DNA of 64,000 nucleotides from Podospora anserina (Eukaryota): NCBI GenBank assembly GCA_017654855.1, contig JAFMPO010000001.1, positions 1 to 64,000 of the forward strand, read 5' to 3'. Shown piece by piece: positions 62,818 to 64,000 of this stretch (position 1 is its first letter; each line of letters starts with the position of its first letter). The notes under the pieces were generated by a model. It saw only the letters and a program-made list of their open reading frames with translations, ran no database searches and was not told where the DNA came from. The position numbers and the translations under genes were made by a program.

Positions 62818-63352
62818 CAGAGTGTTCAGAAAACCTGTCTTTCTAGCAAGAAGTCGCGATCTGGTAGGCACCCGGTTCGAGGGGCAAAAGACGATTATTT
62901 TATGATATCGAATCGGATTGCCGGATCGACAACTATCCACGATCCGCACCATGGTTGGTGCAGGGCTCAAAAGCTTAGCATCCGTGACGTGCCAAGGCCC
63001 CCCTGAAGAAACCTCCCTCGGCTCAACTTGCCGACAACACGCTACGAAACCTCTTTCCCCACACACTGCAACCAAAGGTTCCGAGCTCGCGTGGCTCCGC
63101 CAACGAGCCTTGTAATAAAAGTATGGTGCGGCTGTGCTACTGTTGCGATGCTGCTGGGTTCTGAAGCCCCTGTTGCCGTTTCATGGAAACTTTTGGCAAG
63201 TCAATGCGAATTTCAGGGTCCTTTCCAAGGGGTGAGGACGATGCACGGCGCAACACCAAGATGGACAATAAGAGGGCACACGATGCCACTCGACTCTCGG
63301 TCGAGAGTCACAAAGTGCGAACCCTCAGTCTGTCTTTTCCGCAAACACAACA

Positions 63353-64000
63353 ATGTGGCCTGCCGAAGCCGTGATAGGGGCTATCAGCACCCTGCTCTCT
63401 TTACAAGCCGACCATGTCGCCCCTGGTTTTATTTCAAGTAACAGTACACCATCATGGCACACCTCTCTAGCCAAAAGAGCAGCACAGGACTTTTTCCTAC
63501 GAGTGATGCCCCTTGGAGCATCCATAACGGAAGGAATTGGTTCGAGAAACGGGGCAGGGTATCGCGATCTACTTCGTGCGCAGTTGCGTACACGGGGATG
63601 GAACGTTAACATGGTGGGATCAAAACAAAACGGGCGTTTTGAAGACAGTGACAATGAAGGGCACCCAGGCCTGACCATCAACCAAGTCCGCGGGGAGTTC
63701 AATAAGACTGGCAAGGCGCTGATGCCAAATCTGGTGCTTCTCAACGCTGGGACGTAGGTCTTCGCAGCCTCCCAATCTCTTACGGAGAGAATAACCGTGT
63801 GTGCTAACATGTCGATTTAGGAACGACTGCATCCGCCAAATCGACACCAACAACGCGGGAGCCCGCCTCAAAGCTCTCATCGATGATGTCTTCACAACCG
63901 TTCCAGGGGTAACAGTGGTCGTTTCGACCCTGGCACCATCACGCAAAAACGACAGTTGTTCCGCAGATCTCAGTCAACAATATCGCGACTTGGTGACCAA
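63353..64000 (+). CDS. SGNH/GDSL hydrolase (carbohydrate esterase family 3-like), probably secreted, 3'-truncated by window; intron 63754-63820
   Basis: LRVMPLGASITEG, GYR, NMVGS, DNEGHPG, LLNAGT|NDC. Confidence 0.88.

Noticed and set aside
1-64000. tRNA, rRNA, CRISPR arrays, intact transposons, TPP riboswitch
   Set aside because: None recognised by eye; tRNAscan-SE, Infernal and a repeat library search would be needed to exclude them formally

Overview
Intron-containing filamentous ascomycete DNA. GT..AG introns with CTRAC branch points, long homopolymer runs and a RIP-like AT-rich patch suggest Sordariales, possibly Podospora-like (inference). About 20 protein-coding loci are supportable: a half-Zn-cluster protein with a hydrophobic C-terminus, TAD2 tRNA deaminase, AzgA purine transporter, a deleted HerA/FtsK-like ATPase pseudogene, a MARVEL protein, two Cys-rich orphans, a tyrosine phosphatase, mitochondrial ribosomal protein mS45, the SSK1 response regulator, a pseudokinase, a WD40 protein, a divergent homogentisate dioxygenase paralogue, a GRIP golgin, lunapark and a CE3/SGNH esterase running off the end. 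The strongest candidate for an undescribed system is at 58.4-62.8 kb: a HeLo-like + pseudokinase (MLKL-like architecture) gene head-to-head with a catalytically intact Ser/Thr kinase, recalling the RIPK3-MLKL pair, near a RIP-scarred gene relic. All family assignments come from motif recognition by eye. No searches were run.
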